Assembly: GCA_964427505.1 (NCBI GenBank) | Contig: CAYRUO010000007.1 | Location: 40,406 to 104,405, forward strand | DNA: 64,000 nt | Source: an uncultured Thermanaerothrix sp. | Lineage (GTDB): Bacteria; Chloroflexota; Anaerolineae; Anaerolineales; Anaerolineaceae | Reading direction: 5' to 3' | In this document: positions 45,638 to 58,400 of the stretch, piece by piece | How the letters are laid out: each line of letters starts with the position of its first letter | How positions within the stretch are numbered: position 1 is the stretch's first letter | Program-made: the position numbers and the translations under genes | Notes under the pieces: generated by a model | What the model was told of the DNA's origin: nothing | Seen by the model: only the letters and a program-made list of their open reading frames with translations | Databases searched by the model: none

Positions 45638-46954
45638 ATGAACTGGGTGACAACGCTACAATCTCTGCTCTGGTCGGGCTGGACCAGCCTACTGGATTAC
45701 CTCGCCGCGCACGTCCTCTTATGCCTCTTGCCGGCGTTTCTCATCGCCGGCTACATGAGCGCGATGATCCCTAAAGAAGCGATCACCCGTTATCTCGGGC
45801 CGCGCGCCTCCAAATGGATCAGTTACCCTGCCGCCGCCTTCGGGGGCTTCATCCTGGCCGTATGCTCGTGCACCATCCTGCCCCTCTTCGCCGGCATCTG
45901 GAAGCGCGGCGCCGGCCTCGGCCCGGCGGTAACGTTCCTTTTCGTTGGCCCGGCTATCAATATCCTTGCCCTGACCTATACCGGGGCCGCCATCGGCTTT
46001 GATATCGCCCTCGCCCGCCTGATCCTGTCCATTTTCTTTGGCATCCTCATCGGCCTTATCATGGCCTGGATCTTTCGCAAGGAAGAAGTCCAGAGCCAGG
46101 TTAACGCAGATCTCTTTTCAGCCCGTGCGAACGTGCGTCCCGCTATTTGGGTCGTCTTTGGATTGCTGATCGCCATCTTGATCGCCGGCACCCTGCAAAT
46201 TTCCGCCCTCACCCAAACCTACCTCACCCTGCATCTACCCTGGCAATTGCCTACGGGCATCCTCGCCGCCCTCGAACGCGCGAACCTGACCCCGCAAGGG
46301 ACAATGTTGATCGTGCTGTTGGTCGCTATCGCCCTTCTGGCCTGGAAAGGGTTTGAAACCGTTTATGAAGGGTTTTCGGGCTGGACGGTTGCCGCACTGG
46401 TTGCCATTGCGCTGACCATCCTGCTGGCTGCCCCGATCACCCAAAGCGGAAGTCTCATTATCGGCCTTACCGGACGCTTCTTTGCCATTGCCATCCTGCT
46501 CGCCGCGACCATTTGGGTAGCCGCGCGTGCCTTCGACCAGGATGACCTGGTCAACTGGATCGCTGAAACCTGGAAGTTCGTGAAGCAGATTTTTCCACTT
46601 CTGATCTTGGGCGTCTTCCTGGCCGGCATCGCCAAGGGGTTGATCCCCGCCGCCTGGGTGCGGGCTGTGGCCGGGCAGAACACGCTGTGGGCTAACCTTG
46701 CCGGCGTGCTTTTCGGCGTCTTTATGTACTTTCCCACACTGGTTGAGGTCCCGGTAGCGCGCATGTTCCTGGATTTGGGCATGGCACGGGGGCCCCTGCT
46801 GGCCTACCTGCTGGCCGATCCCGAACTTTCACTGCAATCTATCTTGGTGCTCAACGGCGTCATGGGGCGCAAGAAAACCGGCATCTATGTCAGTCTGGTA
46901 GCCCTTCTGAGTACCCTGGCAGGTTATCTTTTCGGTGCCTTTCTGGCACGCTGA
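45638..46954 (+). CDS. Permease of the PF03773 (ArsP_1 / DUF318) type
   Basis: Polytopic protein with the characteristic CSC motif in an early TM (FILAVCSCTILPLF). The family is commonly found next to ArsR and Thioredoxin_3 genes. Confidence 0.7.
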   Translation: MNWVTTLQSLLWSGWTSLLDYLAAHVLLCLLPAFLIAGYMSAMIPKEAITRYLGPRASKWISYPAAAFGGFILAVCSCTILPLFAGIWKRGAGLGPAVTFLFVGPAINILALTYTGAAIGFDIALARLILSIFFGILIGLIMAWIFRKEEVQSQVNADLFSARANVRPAIWVVFGLLIAILIAGTLQISALTQTYLTLHLPWQLPTGILAALERANLTPQGTMLIVLLVAIALLAWKGFETVYEGFSGWTVAALVAIALTILLAAPITQSGSLIIGLTGRFFAIAILLAATIWVAARAFDQDDLVNWIAETWKFVKQIFPLLILGVFLAGIAKGLIPAAWVRAVAGQNTLWANLAGVLFGVFMYFPTLVEVPVARMFLDLGMARGPLLAYLLADPELSLQSILVLNGVMGRKKTGIYVSLVALLSTLAGYLFGAFLAR

Positions 46955-47000
46955 AGAAAAAACGGAGACTCACCCTGCTGGGGTAGCCACAATCACTACC

Positions 47001-47579
47001 CTATTTGACCCGATTAAGCAGTGCCTGATAGGCTTCATCTCCCAACAGATAGCGCAACTCCTCGGCAAAGAGTTCCACGAGGGGTTGCGCTTCTTCAGCC
47101 CAGCGCAAACAACTCCCAGGCTCTTCTGCCAGCGCGGTGGCCTCATCCAGGGTAATGCGGCCTTGCTCATCCAGGTCCAGGGGATGTAAGATACAGTAAA
47201 AGGGTTTGAATCGCCAGGGGTGGTACCCAGCCGCCTCGCCGGCCACTTGTAGAGCACACTTGTAATCGGGGCGCAGAAAGACGCATGCGCTTCCGGCATA
47301 ATGGGTAGGATCGGCATAGACTCGAGTGTGCACCACACGCCCGCTGGGGACGAAAGGATCATCTTCGCGGCGACCGTCTAACCAGCGGGCCGGATCGCGC
47401 CGACCGGGTGGCAAATAGGGTATGATTAAAGTGGCGTGGGCCAATAAATCGCGCCATTCCCGCTCATCCAGCCACACGCCATACGCACAGCACGCCGCCC
47501 CACACTGCGGCCACCCACAGCGCCGCAGCGGCTCACGGGCAAAAAGACGCGGGTTGACCTGGTTGACCACGCCTCTCAT
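47001..47579 (-). CDS. Cys-rich protein, DUF3109-like
   Basis: CGWPQCGAACCAYGVWL..E pattern plus later Cys residues (SACVFL..DYKCAL, FYCILHP, GSC), reminiscent of DUF3109. Assigned from memory. Confidence 0.45.
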   Translation of the reverse strand: MRGVVNQVNPRLFAREPLRRCGWPQCGAACCAYGVWLDEREWRDLLAHATLIIPYLPPGRRDPARWLDGRREDDPFVPSGRVVHTRVYADPTHYAGSACVFLRPDYKCALQVAGEAAGYHPWRFKPFYCILHPLDLDEQGRITLDEATALAEEPGSCLRWAEEAQPLVELFAEELRYLLGDEAYQALLNRVK

Positions 47580-47613
47580 TTTATCGTATTCTAGAATGTG
47601 TAGGAGGTTTGCG

Positions 47614-48093
47614 ATGAAACTGGCTGTCGGTGCGGATGAACGAACGTATGTGGTGGAGGAAGTGCTTAAGTTCCTGGAAGCCGAAGGACATCAGGTAACC
47701 TACTTCGGCCCTGCGGTGGGTGAGAGTTACACCACCCCTGAGACTTACTGGCCGGCCGTAGCGCGCCGCGTCGCCGAGGCGGTGGTCAAGGGCGAAGCCG
47801 ATGAGGGCATCCTGTTCTGCTGGACCGGCACCGGGGTTAGCATTGCCGCCAACAAAGTCCGCGGCATTCGTGCCGCCCTGTGTGTAGATGCTGAAACCGC
47901 CCGCGGCGCCCGCCTGTGGAACAACGCCAACGTGCTTTGCCTTTCTTTGCGCCTGACCTCGTGGCCCATTGCCAAAGAGATTCTGACCGCTTGGTTCCAA
48001 ACGCATTATCAGCCTAACCCCACCGATGACGCCTGCCTGGCCCAAATTGCGGATCTCGAAACCTCGCCCGCAACATCCCGCCCCTCGGCCTGA
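47614..48093 (+). CDS. rpiB: Ribose-5-phosphate isomerase B / sugar-phosphate isomerase, RpiB/LacA/LacB family
   Basis: AGGAGG RBS precedes the ATG at 47614. The product is MKLAVGADE...GILFCWTGTGVSIAANKVRGIRAAL..D..TARGARLWNNANVLCL. Confidence 0.8.
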   Translation: MKLAVGADERTYVVEEVLKFLEAEGHQVTYFGPAVGESYTTPETYWPAVARRVAEAVVKGEADEGILFCWTGTGVSIAANKVRGIRAALCVDAETARGARLWNNANVLCLSLRLTSWPIAKEILTAWFQTHYQPNPTDDACLAQIADLETSPATSRPSA

Positions 48094-48168
48094 ATTGACC
48101 TTGTATCGGCACATGCATCGGGGCAGAAAAATCTGTAAAATAGAGTTAAACGCGCGAAAGGAGGCCCC

Positions 48169-49494
48169 ATGCCCACATTAGATGAGGTATTAGCCGTAAT
48201 TTTAGGGGGTGGACGAGGGACGCGCCTCTTCCCTCTAACACTACTGCGTTCCAAACCCGCCGTACCGATTGCAGGAAAATACCGCCTGATTGACATCCCG
48301 ATCAGTAACTGCATCAATTCCGGTATCTTTCGCATCGCGGTGCTGACGCAGTACAACTCGGTCTCCTTGCACCGCCATATCACCAATACCTACCAGTTCG
48401 ACAACTTCCACCGCGGCTGGGTGCAGATTTGGGCGGCAGAACAAACCCTCTCCAGCAGCGACTGGTACCAAGGCACGGCTGACGCGGTGCGCAAACAGCT
48501 CTTTGAAATTCGCGCGACCCGAGCCCGCTACGTGCTCATCCTGGCCGGCGATCACCTCTACCGCATGAACTACGCGCCGATGTTCCGCCAACACCTGGAA
48601 AGCGGTGCCGAGATCACCGTTGCCGTAAAGCCTGTTCCTACGTCTGAAGCCTCGCGTTTCGGCATCCTCAAACGCGACCTTACCGGACGCATTATCCGCT
48701 TTGCCGAAAAACCCAAAGACCCTGACCTGCTGGCCGAAATGGTCAGCCGTGACGACCCTGAGCGTCCCTACATTGGCTCCATGGGGATCTACCTCTTCAA
48801 TATTGAGGTGTTGATCAAACTGCTGGAAGAGCACCCTGAATTTGACGACTTCGGCGGTGAGGTTATTCCCTATGCCATTCACTACCACCATGTCTATTCA
48901 TACGACTTCGACGGCTACTGGGAGGACATCGGTACGATCCGTTCCTTCTACGAAACCAATCTCGCCCTGACCGACCCCAACCCGCCTTTCAACTTCTTTG
49001 ACCCTGAGTTTCCGATTTACTCCCACCCACGCTTCCTGCCCGGCTCCACCATTGAGCGCAGTGTCCTGGAAAACGTTCTACTCGCCGAGGGGTGCTGCAT
49101 CCGCAACGCTGAGATTCGCCGCTCGGTGATCGGTCTGCGCAGTCGCATCCGCAACGGTGCCCGTATTGAAAACACCGTGCTGATGGGTGCCGATTACTAC
49201 GAGAAAGTGGGGTGTGAGGATTACGATGAGACCATGCTGGGCACCGTGCCCATCGGAATCGGGCCGGGGTGCGAAATCTCCGGGGCGATCATTGATAAAA
49301 ATGCCCGCATTGGTCGCGGCGTGATCATCCGCCCCTTCCCCCGCGGCACCGATCTGGACGGGGATGGTTGGGTGGTACGCGATGGTATTGTGGTTATCCC
49401 TAAGGATGGCATCATCAAACCCGGCACCTATATCGGCCCGGAGTTAAAACCTTCGGAGCCAAGGGCGCAAACCCTGGAGAGAGAGAAAATCTAG
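48169..49494 (+). CDS. glgC: Glucose-1-phosphate adenylyltransferase
   Basis: AVILGGGRGTRLFPLT..RSKPAVPIAGKYRLIDIPISNCINSG, QGTADAV, and a C-terminal left-handed beta-helix. Confidence 0.9.
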   Translation: MPTLDEVLAVILGGGRGTRLFPLTLLRSKPAVPIAGKYRLIDIPISNCINSGIFRIAVLTQYNSVSLHRHITNTYQFDNFHRGWVQIWAAEQTLSSSDWYQGTADAVRKQLFEIRATRARYVLILAGDHLYRMNYAPMFRQHLESGAEITVAVKPVPTSEASRFGILKRDLTGRIIRFAEKPKDPDLLAEMVSRDDPERPYIGSMGIYLFNIEVLIKLLEEHPEFDDFGGEVIPYAIHYHHVYSYDFDGYWEDIGTIRSFYETNLALTDPNPPFNFFDPEFPIYSHPRFLPGSTIERSVLENVLLAEGCCIRNAEIRRSVIGLRSRIRNGARIENTVLMGADYYEKVGCEDYDETMLGTVPIGIGPGCEISGAIIDKNARIGRGVIIRPFPRGTDLDGDGWVVRDGIVVIPKDGIIKPGTYIGPELKPSEPRAQTLEREKI

Positions 49495-49668
49495 CCGCCG
49501 CATCAAGGCAAGGATTTAGATCATCCCCACACAGGACGCTTTAGCCGGCGGGAAGGGAATCTTGCGCCAAGTCAAGTGAAGAGGGGGTAGAATTAAACCC
49601 CGGGGCACCCGGTTGGGGCTATCCCCAGACGCACTTCACACGTGCCTTCTTACTACTATTCAGGGAGA

Positions 49669-52521
<2,853 letters not shown>

Positions 52522-52584
52522 GCGGGGTTAGGGATGATACAATTATTGAGAGAGGCTTAAATCCATCACCCTACGGAGGCAGGC

Positions 52585-53598
52585 TTGTTGACGCACACGC
52601 TCACCATCGCGATCCCAATGGCCGGTTTTGGCACGCGCATGCGCCCTCACACCTGGAGCAAACCCAAATCCCTGCTCCCCCTGGCAGGTAAAACCGTTTT
52701 AGATTACGTCTTGGCACAATTTAACAGTGTGCCGGCCTCTTTCAACATCGAGTACGTTTTTATCGTCGGGCCAGGACAGCAAACCGCAATCGAAGCCCAC
52801 ATGCGCCAGCATCATCCCGATCTGACAGTGCATTATGTGGTGCAAGAGGTCATGCGTGGGCAGTCAGATGCGCTCTACTTGGCACGGGAGCATCTACACG
52901 GGCCAATGCTGATGGCGTTTTCGGACACCTTGATTGAAACCGATCTATCATTCCTCGCTCATACCGATTTAGACGGCATTGCCTGGGTCAAACCGGTGCC
53001 GGATCCGCGGCGCTTTGGCGTCGCCGAGGTGAATGCTGAGGGCTGGGTGACCCGCCTGATCGAAAAACCCCAAGACCTTTCGAACAACTTGGTGGTCGTA
53101 GGTTTTTATTATTTCCGCAGCGGCGAGGCGCTGATTGAGGCCATTGCCGAGCAGATGCGGCGCGGGCTGGCATTGCGCGGCGAGTATTTCCTGGCCGATG
53201 CCATTAACATCCTGCTCGAACGCGGCGCCCGCTTCCGCACCCAGAAAGTGGACATCTGGCTCGACGCCGGGATCCCGGAAGCCCTCTTGGAAACCAACCG
53301 CTACCTGCTTGAACACGGGCATGATAACAGCGCCGAGGCGGCTCAGCGTCCGGGTGTGACGGTCGTGCCGCCCGTTTACGTCCATCCTGAAGCCCGATTG
53401 AACAATGTCGTAATCGGGCCGCACGTATCTGTTGGGCGGGGCTGTGTCTTGGAGTCCTGCGTGATTAGTAACAGTATATTGGATGAAGAAGCCCTTATCC
53501 GTGACGCGGTATTGAAAGCGTCCCTATTGGGGCGACGGGCCCGCTTTGAGGGATCGGCCCACCGCCTGAACTTGGGAGATGATGCATGGGTGAAGTGA
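52585..53598 (+). CDS. Sugar-phosphate nucleotidyltransferase with a C-terminal hexapeptide-repeat region
   Basis: IPMAGFGTRMRP...KPKSLLPLAGK NTP-transferase motif; LbH-like C-terminus. TTG start per the ORF track. Confidence 0.7.
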   Translation: MLTHTLTIAIPMAGFGTRMRPHTWSKPKSLLPLAGKTVLDYVLAQFNSVPASFNIEYVFIVGPGQQTAIEAHMRQHHPDLTVHYVVQEVMRGQSDALYLAREHLHGPMLMAFSDTLIETDLSFLAHTDLDGIAWVKPVPDPRRFGVAEVNAEGWVTRLIEKPQDLSNNLVVVGFYYFRSGEALIEAIAEQMRRGLALRGEYFLADAINILLERGARFRTQKVDIWLDAGIPEALLETNRYLLEHGHDNSAEAAQRPGVTVVPPVYVHPEARLNNVVIGPHVSVGRGCVLESCVISNSILDEEALIRDAVLKASLLGRRARFEGSAHRLNLGDDAWVK

Positions 53599-53810
53599 AC
53601 CCTGATCCGGTTGAATGCCACTCCGGATATGAATACGCCGAACGCCCGCTGGCCATCCATTGGGAGGGAGAGCGCCTCGAAATCGAGGCCATCGAAGACC
53701 GTTGGCGCATTCCCGGCGGCAAATGCTTTCGCGTCCGCGTGCGTGATGGGCGGCGTTTTGAGTTATTTTATGGCGAACTTTATGACGAATGGCGGGTTAA
53801 TCCGTTATAA
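53586..53810 (+). CDS. Small hypothetical protein (74 aa), translationally coupled to the nucleotidyltransferase gene
   Basis: The ATG overlaps the upstream 3' end (ATGGGTGAAGTGA). Its composition looks coding-like (ERPLAIHWEGERLEIEAIEDRWRIPGGKCFRVRVRDGRRFELFYGELYDEWRV). No family recognised. Confidence 0.45.
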   Translation: MGEVNPDPVECHSGYEYAERPLAIHWEGERLEIEAIEDRWRIPGGKCFRVRVRDGRRFELFYGELYDEWRVNPL

Positions 53811-53839
53811 GATCTTATCGTAAGAAGGAGCCAAAACCT

Positions 53840-55039
53840 ATGTCCTCCACCTCGTCCACCCTCCCCACCGCCTCTACCCGCACCACGTACATCTCGCAAC
53901 GCGTAGCCAGCCTCAAGCCTTCCGGCATTCGGCGCTTCTTTGACATCGCCGCTACCATGAAGGATGTGATCTCCCTGGGCATTGGGGAACCCGATTTCGA
54001 CACCCCACCTTCCGTAATCGAGGCCGGCATCCAGGCCCTGCGCAACGGCCAGACGCATTACACCTCCAACGCCGGTATCCTCGAACTGCGCCAGGCGCTG
54101 GCGGCGCACCTGGAACGGCTCTACGGCGTAAGTTACGACCCTCAGACCGAGATCATCATCACCGTGGGCGGTTCCGAAGCCCTTTACCTGGCGGCGACCG
54201 CCCTGCTCGACCCCGGCGATGAGGTCATCATCCCCACCCCATGTTTCGTCTCTTATCAGGCTCAGGTCTATCTGGCCGGTGGAGTACCGATTGAAATCCC
54301 TTGCCGCATGGAAGACAACTTCGATGTCAATCCTCAGGCGATTGAAGCCGCCATCACGCCCCGCACCAAAGCCATCTTGATTGGTTTTCCGAATAACCCC
54401 ACCGGCGCCGTGGCTACCCGCGAGCGCCTATTAGAGATCGCCCGCCTGGCCGAGAAACACGACCTGATTGTGATTTCGGATGAGATCTACGACCGCCTGG
54501 TTTACGGCGGCCACCAACATGTGTGCTTCCCCTCCCTGCCGGGGATGAAGGGGCGTTCCTTGCTCTTAGGTGGGTTCTCCAAAGATTACGCCATGACCGG
54601 TTGGCGCATCGGCTATGCGTGCGGGCCTCAGCACCTGATGCAGGGGCTACTACGCGTGCACCAGTACACCGTGATGTCGGCGCCGACCATGTCCCAAATC
54701 GCCGCCCTCACGGCGCTCTATGACCGCGATGAAGCAGTGCAGATGATGGTCGAGGAATATGACCGCCGCCGTCGTCTTATCGTCAGTGAGTTAAATCGGA
54801 TGGGTCTGCCTACCTTCGAGCCCAAGGGGGCCTTCTATGCCTTTCCCAAGGTGAGCGTCACCGGCTTGGATGATGAGACCTTTGCCCAGCGCCTGCTCCA
54901 TGAAGAGCATGTGGCCGTGGTGCCTGGCTCGGCGTTTGGCGCCGGTGGTGAGGGATTCGTGCGTTGTTCCTACGCCACCGCCTACGAAAAGATCGAGGAA
55001 GCCCTGCGCCGCATTGAGCGATTCTTGAAGCGGCTGTAA
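53840..55039 (+). CDS. Pyridoxal-phosphate-dependent aminotransferase, class I (aspartate/aromatic type)
   Basis: SLGIGEPDFDTP, NNPTG, and the PLP-lysine motif SFSKDYAMTGWRIGY. Confidence 0.88.
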   Translation: MSSTSSTLPTASTRTTYISQRVASLKPSGIRRFFDIAATMKDVISLGIGEPDFDTPPSVIEAGIQALRNGQTHYTSNAGILELRQALAAHLERLYGVSYDPQTEIIITVGGSEALYLAATALLDPGDEVIIPTPCFVSYQAQVYLAGGVPIEIPCRMEDNFDVNPQAIEAAITPRTKAILIGFPNNPTGAVATRERLLEIARLAEKHDLIVISDEIYDRLVYGGHQHVCFPSLPGMKGRSLLLGGFSKDYAMTGWRIGYACGPQHLMQGLLRVHQYTVMSAPTMSQIAALTALYDRDEAVQMMVEEYDRRRRLIVSELNRMGLPTFEPKGAFYAFPKVSVTGLDDETFAQRLLHEEHVAVVPGSAFGAGGEGFVRCSYATAYEKIEEALRRIERFLKRL

Positions 55040-55122
55040 ACCCGGCCCGCGCCAATATTCCTAATCTGACCCCATAAGGCGTGATATAATCCGCCGATAA
55101 TCACGGCCTTGGAGGAGACACT

Positions 55123-56532
55123 ATGACCTATCAATTGATTCAGATTCCCTCGGGCGGGGAAGCGATTCGCTTTGGCGAGGGGCGCCTACACGTTCCCGAT
55201 AACCCAATCATCCCCTATGTTGAAGGGGACGGCACCGGACGGGATATTTGGCGTGCGGCGGTGCGCGTCTTTGATGCCGCCGTTGCCCGCGCCTACGGGG
55301 GCCGCCGCAAGATTTACTGGATGGAGGTTTACGCCGGGGAGAAAGCCTTCCGCCAGTTCAACACCTGGTTACCGGATGAAACGCTCCATGCCTTCGAGGA
55401 ATTCCGCGTTGGCATCAAAGGCCCACTAACCACACCCATCGGAGGGGGTATCCGTTCTCTGAATGTCGCTCTGCGCAAGGCATTGGATCTCTACGTCTGC
55501 CTGCGTCCGGTGCGCTATTTCAAAGGCGTGCCCTCGCCGGTGCGCCAGCCCGAATTGGTAGATATGGTCATCTTTCGTGAGAACACCGAAGATATCTACA
55601 CCGGAATTGAGTTCCAGCACGGTACACCGGAGGCTGAACGCTTTAAGACCTTGCTACGGGAGCACTTCCCGGATCAGTTCGCTAAGATCCGCTTCCCGGA
55701 AACTGCCGGCTTCAGCCTTAAGCCCATCTCCGTCCAGGGCAGCGAACGCTTGGTGCGTGCCGCGATCCGTTGGGCGCTGGAAAACCGCCGCCGCAGTGTC
55801 ACCTTGGTGCACAAGGGTAACATTATGAAGTTCACCGAAGGCGCCTTCCGCGATTGGGGTTACGCTCTGGCCAAGCGCGAATTTCGCCACCAGATTGTCA
55901 CCGAACGTGAATCATGGATCCTGGCCAACCGCGAGCAAAACCCCGATCTGAGCATCGAAGAAAACGCCCGCTTGATCGAGCCGGGTTATGATATGCTCCC
56001 CCCAGATCAGCAAGCCAAGGTGCGTGCGGAGGTCGAGGACACGCTGACCACCCTCTGGCCAACTCACGGGGATGGCAAGTGGAAGCGCCTATTACTGGTC
56101 AAAGATACCATTGCCGATGTCACCTTCCAGCACGTACTCACCCGCCCACGCGATTTTGACGTCCTCGCGACCCCCAACCTCAACGGTGATTATCTCTCCG
56201 ATGCGCTGGCCGCCCAGGTCGGTGGAATTGGCATCGCGCCCGGAGCCAACATCAATTTTGAGAGCGGGCACGCCATCTTTGAGGCCACCCACGGCACTGC
56301 CCCCAAATACGCCGATCTCGACAAGGTCAACCCGGGGTCGGTGATCCTCTCCGGTGAGATGATGTTGCGCTACCTGGGCTGGCACGAAGCAGCGGATCTA
56401 ATCATCAAAGGCATGGAGGGCGCCATTGCGGCACGCACGGTGACCTACGATTTCGCCCGCCTAATGCCCGACGCCACGGAAGTGCGCTGTTCCGAGTTCG
56501 GCGATGCCATCATCCGCCATATGGACGACTGA
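55123..56532 (+). CDS. icd: NADP-dependent isocitrate dehydrogenase
   Basis: [58 protein letters not shown]. Confidence 0.92.
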   Translation: MTYQLIQIPSGGEAIRFGEGRLHVPDNPIIPYVEGDGTGRDIWRAAVRVFDAAVARAYGGRRKIYWMEVYAGEKAFRQFNTWLPDETLHAFEEFRVGIKGPLTTPIGGGIRSLNVALRKALDLYVCLRPVRYFKGVPSPVRQPELVDMVIFRENTEDIYTGIEFQHGTPEAERFKTLLREHFPDQFAKIRFPETAGFSLKPISVQGSERLVRAAIRWALENRRRSVTLVHKGNIMKFTEGAFRDWGYALAKREFRHQIVTERESWILANREQNPDLSIEENARLIEPGYDMLPPDQQAKVRAEVEDTLTTLWPTHGDGKWKRLLLVKDTIADVTFQHVLTRPRDFDVLATPNLNGDYLSDALAAQVGGIGIAPGANINFESGHAIFEATHGTAPKYADLDKVNPGSVILSGEMMLRYLGWHEAADLIIKGMEGAIAARTVTYDFARLMPDATEVRCSEFGDAIIRHMDD

Positions 56533-56588
56533 TCGTTTCACCTCTGGTCAACCCAGCATGCCGACATAAAATTCCTGCGCAATTTGAC

Positions 56589-56617
56589 TTGAATGCACAA
56601 ATTATTTTCGCTACAAT
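56589..56617 (+). promoter_or_regulatory. Candidate sigma-70 promoter of spoVS
   Basis: -35 TTGAAT (56589-56594), a 17-nt spacer, then -10 TACAAT (56612-56617). It lies about 70 nt upstream of the spoVS ATG. Confidence 0.4.
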
Positions 56618-56688
56618 GAAATACACATTAATAATCATGCAGGGAGCATGTTGCACGTGGGCTAAACACCGAGGAAAAGGAGCGCGCA

Positions 56689-56949
56689 ATGGACGTCATC
56701 AAAGTCAAGGCTAATTCCCGCACCGCAGCCGTAGCAGGAGCCATCGCCGGCGTAGTCCGCGAGCACAAACGTGCCGAGGTGCAGGCCATCGGCGCCGGCG
56801 CCGTCAACCAGGCCATCAAAGCACTGGTGCTGGCCAGGGGGTATCTGATGGAGGATGGAATCTCCATCGTATGCATCCCCGAGTTTGTGGATGTGGATAT
56901 CGAAGGCAAGATTCGCACCGCGATCAAATTGATTGTCGAACCGCGCTAA
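56689..56949 (+). CDS. spoVS: SpoVS-family protein
   Basis: 86 aa. The product is MDVIKVKANSRTAAVAGAIAGVVRE...VQAIGAGAVNQAIKA..LARGYL..DGI...C.PEF, highly characteristic of SpoVS. Confidence 0.9.
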   Translation: MDVIKVKANSRTAAVAGAIAGVVREHKRAEVQAIGAGAVNQAIKALVLARGYLMEDGISIVCIPEFVDVDIEGKIRTAIKLIVEPR

Positions 56950-56985
56950 GCCCAAGCGCTCCACAATAACACCGGTGCAGGGATC

Positions 56986-57636
56986 TCAAGCCACTTCTGC
57001 GGGGTCAAAGCGGACTTCTTCTTTACCGGTCAGTTTTTCCTGCACCTTTTGCAAGACCAGTTCAAAGTGGCGTGGGCGCGCGACGTAGTCCAGGTCATCG
57101 GCAGGTACCGTCAAGACCGGACAAAGGGTGAATCCTGCCACCCACGCTTCATATAAGGCATTGAGTCGTTCCAGATAGTCCAGGGGAATCTCGCGTTCAT
57201 AGGGGCGGCGGCGCTGAGCAATGCGCCGCTGAAGCGTGGCCGTTGAAGCCCGCAGGTAAATCATCAGATCCGGCGGGGTCAGGCAATCACACGCGGCCTG
57301 GTAAAGCGCGCGGTAGGTCGCATAGTCGCGCTCGCTCAGGGCGCCTTGCAGATAAAGGCCCTGGGCAAAGATCTCAGCATCCTCGTATAAACTACGATCC
57401 TGCACTGCTGAATCGGGACTACGCTGAATCTGAAGATGGATGCGCAGGCGGTGCGCCAGGAAGAAGACCTGCGAATGAAACGCCCAGGCCTGCATATCAC
57501 GGTAGAAATCACCCAAATAAGGATTTTCAACCTCGGGTTCGTAATAAGCCTGCCACCCCAGGCGTTCGCACAACAAACGCACCAGGGTAGATTTGCCCAC
57601 CCCGATGTTTCCCGCCACAATAATATACTTTTTCAT
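56986..57636 (-). CDS. Deoxynucleoside kinase
   Basis: P-loop GNIGVGKSTL, EPV..NPYL..FY, and an ERS/DRS-like motif. Its start overlaps the upstream gene by 4 nt. Confidence 0.85.
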   Translation of the reverse strand: MKKYIIVAGNIGVGKSTLVRLLCERLGWQAYYEPEVENPYLGDFYRDMQAWAFHSQVFFLAHRLRIHLQIQRSPDSAVQDRSLYEDAEIFAQGLYLQGALSERDYATYRALYQAACDCLTPPDLMIYLRASTATLQRRIAQRRRPYEREIPLDYLERLNALYEAWVAGFTLCPVLTVPADDLDYVARPRHFELVLQKVQEKLTGKEEVRFDPAEVA

Positions 57637-58400
57637 CGGCTGAGTTTCCCCGCCAGTTCCAGATCAATGACCTGCTTGAACACCTCGAACGGCTGAGCGC
57701 CCAACAGCGCAATACCATTGATAAAGAAGGTCGGTGTGGAATTGATCCCTAGATCAGCCGCATAGTTGTAATCACCCTCAACCTCGGCCTGGTAACGCCG
57801 TTCATCCAGGCAGGTGGTGAACTGATCAAGGTTTAGGCTCAGGCGCTTGGCATACGCAAGATATGTCTCCCGTCCCAACGCTTGCCCACCGCTGAAGAGC
57901 AAATCGTGAAACTCCCAGAACTTACCCTGTTCATGGGCGCAGTTAGCCGCTTCCGCCGCCGGAGCCGCCTCGGGATGAATGCTGTAAAGGGGGAAATCGC
58001 GGTACACCAGGCGCACCTTGTCGCCATAAGCAGCCTGAATTTTAGGCCAAACCTGCACATGCCAGCGCTGGCAGTACGGGCATTGGAAGTCACTGAACTC
58101 GATAATCGTGATCGGAGCATTCTCCGGCCCCAACACCGGATCATCATCCACCGGCACGTCATAACGCGTCACCTGGCGTGGAGCATCAGATTCGGCCTGC
58201 TGTGCCGCCAGTTGCGCTTTCAAATCCGCAACCTGGCGCCCCCAAACGCCGTAACCCGCGGCCAGGCCCAGCAAAAACGCCGCCACACCAATGCTCAGGA
58301 TACGCCACCAACGCAACGACGTCTGAGTACCCGACGTTGCTTGCGGTGAAGAAGGGAGAGAGACCTCACGACTTACAAATGGTGAATCACTCATTGTCAT
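57633..58400 (-). CDS. DsbA-family thiol:disulfide oxidoreductase, membrane-anchored
   Basis: N-terminal TM anchor and a thioredoxin fold with FQCPYCQRW (CxxC). Confidence 0.75.
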   Translation of the reverse strand: MTMSDSPFVSREVSLPSSPQATSGTQTSLRWWRILSIGVAAFLLGLAAGYGVWGRQVADLKAQLAAQQAESDAPRQVTRYDVPVDDDPVLGPENAPITIIEFSDFQCPYCQRWHVQVWPKIQAAYGDKVRLVYRDFPLYSIHPEAAPAAEAANCAHEQGKFWEFHDLLFSGGQALGRETYLAYAKRLSLNLDQFTTCLDERRYQAEVEGDYNYAADLGINSTPTFFINGIALLGAQPFEVFKQVIDLELAGKLSR

